A stretch of 64,000 nucleotides of DNA from Candidatus Methylomirabilota bacterium (GCA_036397135.1 DASWJN010000069.1:1500-65499), one strand, 5' to 3'. Shown: positions 35,168 through 44,804, counted from the stretch's first letter. Numbers and translations are program-made. The notes: generated by a model from the letters alone, not told the origin.

Positions 35168-36085
35168 GTGCGGGGAGGCGGGCGCGACGAGACGGGGGCG
35201 GCGGCGGTGAGCGACGACCGGGCGGTCCGGACGCGGGTCCACTGGCTCGACACGCTCGCCCGGTACAAGCGCGACCCGGACGGGCCGGGCTCCGCCGAGT
35301 ACTGGTCGCCGTCGCTCGACTGCGCGAGCCGCGACGAGCTGCGGGCCATCCAGGACGCGAAGCTGGCGGCGCTCAGGCCCTTCTTCTACGAGAACAGCAC
35401 GTTCTATCGCCGCCGGTTCGACCGGCTCGGCGTGCTGCCGACCGACCTCCGCACGGTCGACGACCTGCCGAAATGGCCGGTGGTCGACAAGGCCGAGATG
35501 ATGGCGGACGTGCAGGCCGCGCCGCCGTTCGGCACCTACACCAGGCACGACGACGCCCTGTGGGCGGCGCGCGGCTGGATGATGTTCTCGTCCTCGGGCT
35601 CGACCGGCATGCCGAGGGTCTTCCGCGAGGGCACCCGCGGCCTCACCGTCTGCACGAGCCTCAACTCGGAGAGCTCGCCGCCGCTGCGGTTCCTGGTCGG
35701 CGACTACGCGACCTTCACCTCGGCGCGGTGCGAGTGCGGGCGGACGCACCTGCGGGCCGTGGGCGCGTTCGCGGGGCGGGCCGACGAGCTGATCAACCTG
35801 CGCGGCGTGAAGATGTATCCCGTCCAGCTGGAGGCGGCCGTGCGCGCCGTGCCCGGGGTGGGCGACGAGTACGAGATCGTGCTGGCGACCACCGCCGGCG
35901 GGCTCGACGTGCTGACGGCGCGGGTGGAGCACGCGGACGGCTCGATCGCCGCCCGGGTGGCCCGGGAGATCCAGGCGCGCTGCGAGGTGCGGTGCGACGT
36001 CGAGGTGCTGGCGCCCGGCACGCTGCCGAAGACGGAGTTCAAGGCGCGGCGGGTTCGCGACATGCGCCGCGCCAGCGGAGCGTGA
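35168..36085 (+). CDS. phenylacetate-CoA ligase (PaaK)/F390-synthetase-like protein, internally shortened (possible deletion remnant)
   Basis: An N-terminal PaaK region through the P-loop FSSSGSTGMPRV joins directly to a C-terminal domain (CECGRT...ELINLRGVKMYP). The ~150-200 aa central adenylation core is absent. Only 305 aa versus ~430. Confidence 0.55.
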   Translation: MRGGGRDETGAAAVSDDRAVRTRVHWLDTLARYKRDPDGPGSAEYWSPSLDCASRDELRAIQDAKLAALRPFFYENSTFYRRRFDRLGVLPTDLRTVDDLPKWPVVDKAEMMADVQAAPPFGTYTRHDDALWAARGWMMFSSSGSTGMPRVFREGTRGLTVCTSLNSESSPPLRFLVGDYATFTSARCECGRTHLRAVGAFAGRADELINLRGVKMYPVQLEAAVRAVPGVGDEYEIVLATTAGGLDVLTARVEHADGSIAARVAREIQARCEVRCDVEVLAPGTLPKTEFKARRVRDMRRASGA

Positions 36086-36948
36086 CGCCGCCCGGCACCG
36101 CCGTCCGCGTGACGCCGAGCCGCCGGCAGGCCGACGAGTGGGCCGTCGTGCTCGCCGCCGCCGACATCGAGCACTGGATGCGTCAGCGGCTCGAGGGGTG
36201 GGCGCTGATCGTGCCCGCGGCCGACGCCGCCCGGGCCCTGGCGACCCTCGACGCCTACGACCTGGAGAACGCCCGGGACGCGCGCGCCGCCCCCGTCGTG
36301 CCGTCACGCCCCCTGACGATCGTCGGCGTCGTCGTGGCGCTGCTGCTGCTCGGGTTCTTCGCGATCACGGGGCCGCGCGCCGGGCGCAGCGCGTGGTTCG
36401 AGCACGGCAGCGCCGACGCGGGACGCATGCTGGCCGGCGAGTGGTGGCGCGCCGTCACCGCGCTCACGCTGCACGCCGACGCGCCCCACGTGCTCGGCAA
36501 CGCCGTGGCCGGGGCGCTGCTGCTCACCGTGACGTGCTCGCACCTCGGGCCCGGGGTCGGCCTGTGGCTGCCGCTCCTGGCGGGCGCCGGCGGCAACGTC
36601 CTCACCGCCGCCACCCACGGCGCCGATCACGTGTCCGTCGGCGCGTCCACGGCCGTCTTCGGGGCCGTGGGCATCCTGGCCGTGCTGCGGAGCGTCAGCC
36701 CGGGCCGGATGGGAATGGGCGTGCGACGATCCTGGGTGGTTGTCGCGGCCAGCCTGGCCCTGCTCGCGCTGCTCGGCACCGGGCCGGGCACCGATCTCCT
36801 CGCCCACCTGTTCGGCCTGGTCGTCGGTGCCGGGCTGGGGCCGGTCGCGGCGCTCGCGCTGCGATGGATGCCGGGGGCGCCGGCCCAGTGGCTACTGGTG
36901 CTGGCGGCCGGCGCGGCCGTGGCCGGCGCCTGGCGGCTGGCCTTCTGA
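36082..36948 (+). CDS. rhomboid family intramembrane serine protease (GlpG-like, with N-terminal cytoplasmic domain)
   Basis: GTG 36082 overlaps the preceding stop. Catalytic GASTAVFG (Ser) and AHLFGLVVG (His), six TM segments. The N-domain resembles GlpG (WAVVLAAADIEHWMRQRLEG). Confidence 0.75.
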   Translation: MTPPGTAVRVTPSRRQADEWAVVLAAADIEHWMRQRLEGWALIVPAADAARALATLDAYDLENARDARAAPVVPSRPLTIVGVVVALLLLGFFAITGPRAGRSAWFEHGSADAGRMLAGEWWRAVTALTLHADAPHVLGNAVAGALLLTVTCSHLGPGVGLWLPLLAGAGGNVLTAATHGADHVSVGASTAVFGAVGILAVLRSVSPGRMGMGVRRSWVVVAASLALLALLGTGPGTDLLAHLFGLVVGAGLGPVAALALRWMPGAPAQWLLVLAAGAAVAGAWRLAF

Positions 36949-36955
36949 ACGGCCG

Positions 36956-38140
36956 TCAGCCGGCCGCGCCGCTCCGGGCCTTGCGGAAGGCGCGCTCGAA
37001 GCCGGGGAGCGCGCGCACCACCGTGTCGCGCTCCACCGTGAGCGAGATGCGGATGTGGCCGGGCATGCCGAAGCCGGAGCCGGGGACCGTGAGCACGCCC
37101 TCCTCGGCCAGGAGGCGCACGAAGGCCACGTCGTCGTCGATGGGCGTGCGCGGGAAGACGTAGAATGCCCCCTGGGGCTTGACGCACTGGTAGCCGATGC
37201 GGGTGAGCCCCTCGTACATGAGGTCGCGCTTCTCGCGATAGGGCGCGACGTCGATGACCTGATCGCCCACCTCGGCCACCACCCACTGCCAGAGCGCCGG
37301 CGCGTTCACGAAGCCGAGCACCCGGCTGGTGAACGTGCAGGCCTCGAACAGCTCGGCCGCCTCCGGCATGCGCGGCGAGATGGCCAGGTAGCCGATCCGC
37401 TCTCCCGGGATGGCCAGCGACTTGGACCAGGACGTCGCCACGATCGAGCGGGTCACCAGCGGCGGCACCTCGGGGGGCACCACGTCGTCGAAGACGAGCG
37501 CGCGATAGGGCTCGTCGCTGATGAGCACGATGGGCCGGGCGGCGCGGGCGAGCATCGCCTCGATCTCGACGAACGTCGACGCGGGGTAGACGACGCCGCT
37601 CGGGTTGTTCGGCGAGTTGACCAGGATCGCGCGCGTCCGTGGGGTGAGGGCGGCCTCGAGCCGGGCGACGTCCGGGATGAGGTCGGCCCCGGGTGGCACG
37701 ACGACCAGGCGGCCGCCGTGGTTCTCGGCGTAGAACGTGTACTCGACGAAGAACGGGGCCACCGTGAGGACCTCGTCGCCGGGGTCGAGCAGGGCCTTGA
37801 GGACCGTGTTGAGCGCGGCGCCGGCGCCCACCGTCATGAGGACGTGATTGGCGGTGTACGGCAGTCCGGTCGCGGCGGCGAGCCGCCGGGCCACCGCCTC
37901 GCGCACGCGGGGATGGCCGGCGTTGGGCATGTAGGCGTGCAGGTGGGGGACGTCGCTGTCGAGCACCCGCCGCGCCGCCGCCAGCACGGCCGCCGGCGGC
38001 TCGATCTCGGGGTTGCCCAGCGTGAAGTCGAAGACCTTGTCGCTGCCGCGCTCCTGCTTGAGGCGAGCCCCTTCCTCGAACATGCGGCGGATCCACGACG
38101 CCTTCGCGAGGTTGTCGGCCACGGCCCGGGAGACGATCAC
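36956..38140 (-). CDS. pyridoxal phosphate-dependent aminotransferase, class I/II
   Basis: 394 aa. The SWSKS PLP-lysine motif, NPxGxV (NPSGVVY) and DEPY. Confidence 0.85.
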   Translation of the reverse strand: MIVSRAVADNLAKASWIRRMFEEGARLKQERGSDKVFDFTLGNPEIEPPAAVLAAARRVLDSDVPHLHAYMPNAGHPRVREAVARRLAAATGLPYTANHVLMTVGAGAALNTVLKALLDPGDEVLTVAPFFVEYTFYAENHGGRLVVVPPGADLIPDVARLEAALTPRTRAILVNSPNNPSGVVYPASTFVEIEAMLARAARPIVLISDEPYRALVFDDVVPPEVPPLVTRSIVATSWSKSLAIPGERIGYLAISPRMPEAAELFEACTFTSRVLGFVNAPALWQWVVAEVGDQVIDVAPYREKRDLMYEGLTRIGYQCVKPQGAFYVFPRTPIDDDVAFVRLLAEEGVLTVPGSGFGMPGHIRISLTVERDTVVRALPGFERAFRKARSGAAG

Positions 38141-38165
38141 GGCTGCGAGTATAGCCGGCGGGCGG

Positions 38166-38579
38166 CTACACGTACATCGGGCGCCGGTCGATCAGGCGAA
38201 GCCAGCCGCGCACGATCCGGTAGATGAACCACAGCCCGACGACGGCGAGCGGCAGCCAGGCGACGAGCAGGCCGATGCCGAGCGTGGCCACCACGAAGAG
38301 CAGGCAGAGCGTCACCCACAGCAGGCCGAACCAGAACGTGCGGATCTGCCAGCGGAAGTGCGACTCGAGCCAGGTCCCCCGCGCCTCGCTCCGCTTCACG
38401 TAGTTCAGGATCACGGCGATGAGCGAGGGCCAGCCGGTAAGGAATGCCCCGACCACGGTGGCGGCGCCGATGATCCCCGTGATCAGGCTGACGGCGTGCA
38501 GGGCATAGATGCCGTGCGTCCAGGTGACCAGCGACGGGCTCGGCTCCGGGGGGGCCACCAGCAAGCGCTCCTCACGCAT
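38166..38579 (-). CDS. small integral membrane protein (2-3 TM), function unknown
   Basis: ATG (RC 38577-38579) encoding MREERLLVAPPEPSPSLVTWTHGIYALHAVSLITGIIGAATVVGAF...LLWVTLCLLFVVATLGIGLLVAWLPLAVVGLWFIY. Divergent from the GntR regulator. Confidence 0.6.
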   Translation of the reverse strand: MREERLLVAPPEPSPSLVTWTHGIYALHAVSLITGIIGAATVVGAFLTGWPSLIAVILNYVKRSEARGTWLESHFRWQIRTFWFGLLWVTLCLLFVVATLGIGLLVAWLPLAVVGLWFIYRIVRGWLRLIDRRPMYV

Positions 38580-38627
38580 GCGCCCATTGTCTCCCCGGCC
38601 GGGCTCTTGACGTGGAGGACAGTAGAT

Positions 38628-38635
38628 TGTATACA
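38628..38635. promoter_or_regulatory. TGTATACA perfect palindrome (candidate GntR/FadR-type operator) in divergent promoter region
   Basis: ATTGTATACAG lies 12 nt upstream of the GntR ATG and downstream of TTGACG (38607-38612). The GT-n-AC cores are typical of GntR-family operators. Confidence 0.45.
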
Positions 38636-38646
38636 GCGTATTCAAT

Positions 38647-39396
38647 ATGCAGTCTCGGCGGGAACCGGGGGCGGCGGCGCGGGCCGGCGTGCGGAAAGCG
38701 GCGGGGGCGGGCGCGCCGCGCGAGGCGGTCGAGGCCGTGGGCCTCTTCGAGACGCCGCTCAGGCGCCAGACCCTCGAGGAGCTGGCGTACCAGCACATCC
38801 GCACCGCCCTCGTCCAGGGCAAGCTGGCGCCCGGGCAGAAGATCGTAGCCGCCGCCGTGGCCCGGGCGGCCGGGATCAGCCGGATTCCCGTGTTGCAAGC
38901 GCTCCGTCGCCTGGAGAGCGAAGGCTTCGTCCGGATCAATCCCCACCGTGACGTGGTCGTTTCCGGCCTGTCGCCCGAGGAGTTCCGGGAGCGCTTTCTC
39001 CTGATGGCCGCCCTGGAAGCGCTCTGCCTGCGCGAGGCCGACGGGAAGATCGCCCCCCTGACGCTGCGGCGCCTGCGCGAGGTCCAGGCCGAGATCGTCG
39101 CCGCGCGGCGCGCCGGGGACACGGCGCGCGCCGTCAACGCCGACGGCCGGTTCCACCGGATGCTGTGGGAGGTGTCCGGGCTGCGCCAGGTCGTGCAGGT
39201 GCTGCAGAACGTCTGGGATCGCGGCGAGTACTACCGCGTGATCATGCACGCCCGGCGGGGCGGCTTCGCGGCCGAGTCGCTCGCCGAGCACGAGGAGATC
39301 CTGCGCGCGCTCGAGGCCGGCGACACGGCCCGGGCGGCGCGCGCCGTCGAGCGCCACCGCCTCCGCGCGATGGAGCGGCTGGCCACGACGACCTGA
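38647..39396 (+). CDS. GntR family transcriptional regulator (FadR/FCD subfamily)
   Basis: wHTH LEELAYQHIRTALVQGKLAPGQKIVAAAVARAAGISRIPVLQALRRLESEGFV, plus a C-terminal all-helical FCD domain. Confidence 0.85.
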   Translation: MQSRREPGAAARAGVRKAAGAGAPREAVEAVGLFETPLRRQTLEELAYQHIRTALVQGKLAPGQKIVAAAVARAAGISRIPVLQALRRLESEGFVRINPHRDVVVSGLSPEEFRERFLLMAALEALCLREADGKIAPLTLRRLREVQAEIVAARRAGDTARAVNADGRFHRMLWEVSGLRQVVQVLQNVWDRGEYYRVIMHARRGGFAAESLAEHEEILRALEAGDTARAARAVERHRLRAMERLATTT

Positions 39397-39433
39397 GCAG
39401 CGCAACCCTGCAGGGTCACGGGAGGACACGGCA

Positions 39434-40717
39434 ATGACGAGCGGCATCTCGCGACGCACACTGCTGGTCAACGGCGCGCTGGTGGGCGGGGCCACGTTCT
39501 TCGGCCCCTGGCGACGCCATCACGTCTACGCCCAGAAGACGGACAAGCCCATCCTCATCGGCCTCACCCACGACGCCAGCGGGCAGTTCGCCAACAGCGG
39601 CCAGGACGAGCAGCGCGGCACCATCATGGCCCTCGAGGAGGCCAACGCCCGGGGCGGCGTCCTCGGCCGCAAGCTGGCGTACATCGCGGCCGACACCGAG
39701 ACGACCCCGGCCACCGGCTCCCGGGTGGCCGAGCGCATGATCACCCGCAACGAGGTGGCGTTCCTGGTCGGGGCGATCCAGTCGGGCGTGGCCAACGCCA
39801 TCGGCCAGGTCGCGCAGAAGTACGGCTGCGTGTACTTCAACACCAACTCCAGCTCGCCCACCGAGTCGGGGAAGGACTGCAAGCGGGTGAAGTTCGTCTG
39901 GGACGGCAGCGGCGCCAACTTCGCGCTGGCCGCCGCCGACAACGCCGTGCGCACCTTCGGCAAGCGCTGGCAGCTGCTCACCAACGACTACGTCTGGGGC
40001 CACAACACCTCGAAGGCCACCCGCGAGATCGCCTCGCGCTTCGGCGCCCAGATCATCGACGAGATCCTGGTGCCCGTCGGCACCCGGGACTTCTCCCCGA
40101 TCCTGCTCAAGGTCCAGCAGGCCAAGCCGGACGTCGTGGCCGCCGCCGTCGGCGGTGACGACTTCAAGGTCATGCGCCAGGAGGTGGTCAAGCTCGGCCT
40201 CGACCAGAAGCCGGCCTGGCTCAACAACCAGCAGGACTGGCCGGACATCTACGGGCTCGGCATCGAGTCGGTGTTCGGCGTGTTCGGGACGACCTGGTAC
40301 CACAAGCTGCCGCTGCCCGGCGTGGCGGATCTGGGGCGCCGTTACCGGCAGCGCTGGCCCGAGACGCGCATCGACGTCCCCGGCAACGTCTTCTACAACG
40401 GCTACATGGCGATGTGGGAGCTGGTGCGGGCCATCGAGCGCGCCGGCAGCACGAACAACATCAAGGTCATCAAGGCGCTCGAGGGCCACAAGATGCCCGC
40501 GCGCGACCGCCTGCAGCACCACGAGGCGTGGATCGACCCCGAGACGCACCACGTGCAGCAGACCGTCTACCTGGCCGCCCGCAACGACAAGCCGGCCGAC
40601 CCCACCGACTATTTCAAGATCCTCTCGTGGGCCGAGCCCACCAAGGTGCGCGACCCCGAGTCGGCCAAGACCTGCAAGCTGCAGTCGTACGAGAGCACGC
40701 CGACCTACGAGCAGTAA
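39434..40717 (+). CDS. ABC transporter substrate-binding protein, LivJ/amide-urea (PBP1) family, Tat signal
   Basis: MTSGISRRTLLVNGALVGGA twin-arginine signal. Type I periplasmic binding fold motifs. Confidence 0.85.
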   Translation: MTSGISRRTLLVNGALVGGATFFGPWRRHHVYAQKTDKPILIGLTHDASGQFANSGQDEQRGTIMALEEANARGGVLGRKLAYIAADTETTPATGSRVAERMITRNEVAFLVGAIQSGVANAIGQVAQKYGCVYFNTNSSSPTESGKDCKRVKFVWDGSGANFALAAADNAVRTFGKRWQLLTNDYVWGHNTSKATREIASRFGAQIIDEILVPVGTRDFSPILLKVQQAKPDVVAAAVGGDDFKVMRQEVVKLGLDQKPAWLNNQQDWPDIYGLGIESVFGVFGTTWYHKLPLPGVADLGRRYRQRWPETRIDVPGNVFYNGYMAMWELVRAIERAGSTNNIKVIKALEGHKMPARDRLQHHEAWIDPETHHVQQTVYLAARNDKPADPTDYFKILSWAEPTKVRDPESAKTCKLQSYESTPTYEQ

Positions 40718-40770
40718 GATGTCCCCGGCCGGGCCCGGCATCCCGGGCCCGGCCATGGGCGGAACGCGAC

Positions 40771-41700
40771 ATGGACCTGCTCATCACGCTGGGACCGCAC
40801 CTGCTGAACGGAGTGGCGCTGGGGCTGCTGTTCGCCCTGGTGGCGCTCGGCTTCATGCTCATCATCGGCGTGATGGAGGTCATCAACCTCGCTCACGGCT
40901 CGCTCTTCGCGCTGGGCGCCTACGTCGCCGTCGCCCTCGTCACGCCGGAGGGCGGGCTGCGGCTGGCCGCGCTCGCGACCTACTTCGCGTTCCCGCTGCC
41001 GGCGCGCTTCGTCGTGGCCCTGGTGGTCGCCCCCATCGTGGTCGGCGGCGTCGGCATGGTGCTGGAGGTCTGCCTGCGCCGGACCTACGGGCGCGACCCG
41101 CTGTACGGCCTGCTGCTGACCTTCGGCGCCGCGCTCGTCCTCGAGGAGCTGATCCGGCTGGTCTGGGGGCCCACCGAGCGCTTCCTGCCGGTGCCGGCGG
41201 CGATCACCGGCGGCATCACGCTCGGCGGGCTCGTCTACTCCGTCTACCGGTTCTTCGCGTCCGCCTTCGCGGTCGGAATGATCGTGCTCCTGTGGCTGTT
41301 CCTGCAGCGGACGCGGTACGGCGCGCTCATCAAGGCGGGCGCCCATGACAGCGAGATGGTGCGCGCGCTCGGCGTCAACCTCACCCGCCTCCGCCTCCTC
41401 GTGTTCGCGCTCGGCACCGCGCTGGCCGCGGTGGCCGGGATCGTCATGGCGCCGATCTGGGGTGTGCGGCCGCACGTGGGCGTCGACGCGGTGGTACCGG
41501 CCTTCGTGGTCATCGTGCTCGGCGGCGTCGGCAGCTTCTGGGGCGCGGTCATCGCCGGGCTGCTGGTCGGCATGGTGGTCGGGATCACCGGCGCCTTCGC
41601 CACCGCGTGGTCGCTCGTGTCGATGTACGTCCTGCTGATCCTCGTCGTCACCGTCCGCGGCCGCGGCCTGCTGGGCAAGAAGAGCGTGCTGGAGCGATGA
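40771..41700 (+). CDS. branched-chain amino acid-type ABC transporter permease (LivH-like)
   Basis: ATG 40771 encoding MDLLITLGPHLLNGVALGLLFALVALGFMLIIGV... Confidence 0.85.
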   Translation: MDLLITLGPHLLNGVALGLLFALVALGFMLIIGVMEVINLAHGSLFALGAYVAVALVTPEGGLRLAALATYFAFPLPARFVVALVVAPIVVGGVGMVLEVCLRRTYGRDPLYGLLLTFGAALVLEELIRLVWGPTERFLPVPAAITGGITLGGLVYSVYRFFASAFAVGMIVLLWLFLQRTRYGALIKAGAHDSEMVRALGVNLTRLRLLVFALGTALAAVAGIVMAPIWGVRPHVGVDAVVPAFVVIVLGGVGSFWGAVIAGLLVGMVVGITGAFATAWSLVSMYVLLILVVTVRGRGLLGKKSVLER

Positions 41701-42725
41701 GGATCGGGGCCCTCGCGCGTGGGATGATGGGATGGCTGTCGCCGGCCATGCTGGTGGCCTTCGCGCTGTTCGGCACGCTGCCGCTGTGGATCGAGGCGGT
41801 GGGGCTCTACCGCTACCTCGGCATCGAGATCCTGATCTGGTGCATCTTCGCGCTCGGCTTCAATCTGTTGCTCGGGTACACCGGCCTGCCCTCGTTCGGC
41901 CACGGCGCCTACTTCGGCATCGGGGCCTACGCGCTGGGGCTCACGCAGTTTCACCTCGCCGCCAGCCTGTGGGTCGGCCTGCTGGCGGCCACCCTGGCGG
42001 CGGCGGTGATGGGCGGCGGCGTCGCGCTCTTCATCTCGCACCGCCGGGGAATCTACTTCGCGCTCATGACCATCGCCTTCGGCCAGATGTTCTTCTTCAT
42101 CGCCAGCAAGTGGACGTCGGTCACCGGCGGCGAGGATGGCCTGCTCGACATCCGCCGGCTGCCCGCCCACGTCGGATTCGCCGCCTTCGACCTCACCGGC
42201 AACCTGGCGATGTCGTACTTCACCTTCGCGACGTTCGCCGTCGTGACGGTGCTCCTCTGGCGGCTGGTCCATTCGCCGTTCGGCAAGGTGCTGCGGGCCA
42301 TCAAGCAGAACGAGACCCGGATGGCGTACCTCGGCTACCGGGTGTTCGCCTACAAGTGGGCGAGCTTCACGCTGTCGTGCGCCGTCGCCGGGCTGGCGGG
42401 CGGGCTCTTTGCCATGGCGCAGCACGGCGCCTACGTGCAGGTCATGAATCTCCAGTGGTCGGGGGTGGTGGTCCTCATGACGCTCGTCGGCGGCGGCCTC
42501 GTGAGCTTCTGGGGGCCGGTGGTGGGAACGGTCCTCTACTTCGTCGCGCGCGACCTGCTGGGCATGTACACGGAGTCGTGGCTCCTGTGGTTCGGGCTCA
42601 TGTTCATGCTGGTCGTCATGTTCAAGCCCGAGGGCGTGGCCGGCATCTGGCAGGCGGCCGCCGCGCGCGCGGGCGCGCGGCGGCGCGCCCGCGCCGTGGC
42701 GCTGCAGCCGGCCGGGGGGAAGTGA
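41697..42725 (+). CDS. branched-chain amino acid-type ABC transporter permease (LivM-like)
   Basis: ATGA overlap with the previous gene, encoding MRIGALARGMMGWLSPAMLVAF... Confidence 0.85.
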   Translation: MRIGALARGMMGWLSPAMLVAFALFGTLPLWIEAVGLYRYLGIEILIWCIFALGFNLLLGYTGLPSFGHGAYFGIGAYALGLTQFHLAASLWVGLLAATLAAAVMGGGVALFISHRRGIYFALMTIAFGQMFFFIASKWTSVTGGEDGLLDIRRLPAHVGFAAFDLTGNLAMSYFTFATFAVVTVLLWRLVHSPFGKVLRAIKQNETRMAYLGYRVFAYKWASFTLSCAVAGLAGGLFAMAQHGAYVQVMNLQWSGVVVLMTLVGGGLVSFWGPVVGTVLYFVARDLLGMYTESWLLWFGLMFMLVVMFKPEGVAGIWQAAAARAGARRRARAVALQPAGGK

Positions 42726-43471
42726 GGGTGGCGTTGCTCGAGGCTCACGGCCTGCACAAGCGCTTCGGCGACCACGTGGTCCTCGAGGACATCAGCCTGG
42801 CGTTCCCGGCCGGACGGCTGAGCGGCATCATGGGCCCCAACGGCGCCGGCAAGACCACCTGCTTCAACGTCCTCACCGGCGGCGTCCGTCCCGACCGTGG
42901 CCGGGTCGTCTTCGACGGCGAGGACATCACGGGGTTCCCCCCGCACGCCGTCGCGCGGCGGGGCCTCGCCCGGTCGTTCCAGCTCATGAACCTCTTCGAC
43001 GAGTATTCCGCGCTCGAGAACGTGCTCCTGGCGGCGCCGGCGGTGCGCGCCCGCTCCTTCGACATGCTCCGCGACCTGCGGCGCGACGCGGATGCCCAGG
43101 ACCGGGCGGCCACGGTGCTCGGGCGCGTCGGCCTCCGGGGCAAGGAGCGGGTGCCGGCGGGACGGCTGTCGTACGGCGACCGCCGGGCGCTGGAAATCGG
43201 CCTCGCCGTCGCGGCCGAGCCCCGCATGCTCTTCCTCGACGAGCCGACCTCGGGGCTCGGCGGCGAGGGGACGGCCCGCCTGGCCGAGCTGGTCCAGGAG
43301 CTGCGGCGCGTGCTGACGATCGTGGTGATCGAGCACGACATGGCGTTCCTGTTCCGGCTGGCCGACCGCATCTCGGTCATCCACTGGGGGCAGGTGATCG
43401 CCGAGGGCACGCCCGACGCGCTGCGCGCCGACCCGTGGCTGGCCCGCTCGGGGCTCGGAGCCGCGGTGTGA
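42722..43471 (+). CDS. ABC transporter ATP-binding protein (LivG-like)
   Basis: GPNGAGKTT Walker A, LSYGDRRALEIG signature and LLFLDEP Walker B. Start GTG 42722 (or TTG 42734). Confidence 0.85.
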   Translation: MRVALLEAHGLHKRFGDHVVLEDISLAFPAGRLSGIMGPNGAGKTTCFNVLTGGVRPDRGRVVFDGEDITGFPPHAVARRGLARSFQLMNLFDEYSALENVLLAAPAVRARSFDMLRDLRRDADAQDRAATVLGRVGLRGKERVPAGRLSYGDRRALEIGLAVAAEPRMLFLDEPTSGLGGEGTARLAELVQELRRVLTIVVIEHDMAFLFRLADRISVIHWGQVIAEGTPDALRADPWLARSGLGAAV

Positions 43472-44166
43472 TGCTCGACGTCGCCGGGATCGACGTCTCC
43501 TACGGCGAGACCCAGGTGCTGTTCGGCGTCTCGCTGACGGTGGGGCCCGGCGAGATCGTCTGCCTCCTGGGGCCCAACGGGGCGGGCAAGACGACGACGT
43601 TGCGCGCCATCCTCGGGCTCACGCCCGCCCGGGCCGGGCGCATTCGCTTCGCCGGCCGCGACATCACGCGCGCGGCGACCCATGCCATCGCGCGGGCGGG
43701 CGTGGCCTGGGTGCCCGACGACCGGCGGATCTTCCCGACGCTCACCGTGGAGCGGAACCTCGCCATCGCGATCAAGCGCACGCCGTTTCGGGCCTGGAGC
43801 CTCCAGGAGGTGCTCGGCTGCTTCACGGCCCTGGAGTACCTGCGCCATCGCGAGTGCGAGAACCTCTCCGGCGGCGAGATGCAGATGGTCGCGATCGCGC
43901 GGGCGCTCCTCGGCTCGCCCGGCCTGGTGCTCTTCGACGAGCCGTCGCAGGGCCTGGCCCCCAAGGTCGTCCGCGACGTGGTGGGCCTCATCGGCCGCCT
44001 CAAGGCCGAGGGCGTGGCCGCGCTGCTGGTCGAGCAGAATGCGCCGACGGCGCTGGCCGTCTCCGACCGCGTGTACGTGATGGACCGCGGCACGATCGTG
44101 CACGAGGGCCCGGCCCGCGAGCTGCGCGACGACGCCGGCCGGCGCCGACGGCTGCTCGGGGTGTGA
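43471..44166 (+). CDS. ABC transporter ATP-binding protein (LivF-like)
   Basis: TGATG overlap. GPNGAGKTT, LSGGEMQMVAIARAL and LVLFDEP. Confidence 0.85.
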   Translation: MLDVAGIDVSYGETQVLFGVSLTVGPGEIVCLLGPNGAGKTTTLRAILGLTPARAGRIRFAGRDITRAATHAIARAGVAWVPDDRRIFPTLTVERNLAIAIKRTPFRAWSLQEVLGCFTALEYLRHRECENLSGGEMQMVAIARALLGSPGLVLFDEPSQGLAPKVVRDVVGLIGRLKAEGVAALLVEQNAPTALAVSDRVYVMDRGTIVHEGPARELRDDAGRRRRLLGV

Positions 44167-44168
44167 GG

Positions 44169-44804
44169 GTGGCCGGACCCGTGCCCTTGCTGGTTCTCGA
44201 CCGCGTCCGCAAGGAATACGCCCGCGGCTGGCTGCGCCGCCAGGTCACCTTCTCGATCGAGGCCGATCTGGTCTTCGCCGAGCCGGCGATCGTCGGCCTG
44301 ATGGGCGCCAACGGCGCCGGCAAGACGACACTGTTCGAGCTGATGACCGGCACCCGGTCCCCGACCTCGGGGCGCGTGCTGTGCCTGGGCCAGGACGTCA
44401 ACACCGTCAAGCGCCGTGAGCGCGATCGGCTGGCGGTCCACTATCACCAGTCCTACCAGGTGCGGCGCGTGGCACGGACGAAGCCCGACGCGCTGCTGGC
44501 CCCGGCGGTGTCGCGGACGCCGGTCGTGCACCTCTTCGACGAGCCGCAGTTCAGCACCCAGGACGGCTACATCGGCTTCATGATCGAGTTCTTCCGCCGG
44601 CTGCGGCGCGACGGCCGCCTGGTGCTCGTCTGCCTGCACCCCACCGAGAGCTACCACCTCGACATCCTCCGCCAGCTGTGCGAGCGCTTCGTGTTCGTCC
44701 ACGAGGGGCGGGCGTGGGAGGTGCCCGACTTCGCGAGCCTGCTCGCCGACGCGCGCGTGCGCGCCTATCTCGGTGGGCTGGTCGGGGCCACGCCCACCGG
44801 CTGA
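44169..44804 (+). CDS. degenerate ABC-type NBD lacking the LSGGQ signature motif
   Basis: Walker A GANGAGKTT, Q-loop, Walker B VVHLFDEP and H-loop LHPTESYH are present, but there is no C-motif between the Q-loop and Walker B. 211 aa. Start GTG 44169 or 44181. Confidence 0.6.
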   Translation: MAGPVPLLVLDRVRKEYARGWLRRQVTFSIEADLVFAEPAIVGLMGANGAGKTTLFELMTGTRSPTSGRVLCLGQDVNTVKRRERDRLAVHYHQSYQVRRVARTKPDALLAPAVSRTPVVHLFDEPQFSTQDGYIGFMIEFFRRLRRDGRLVLVCLHPTESYHLDILRQLCERFVFVHEGRAWEVPDFASLLADARVRAYLGGLVGATPTG

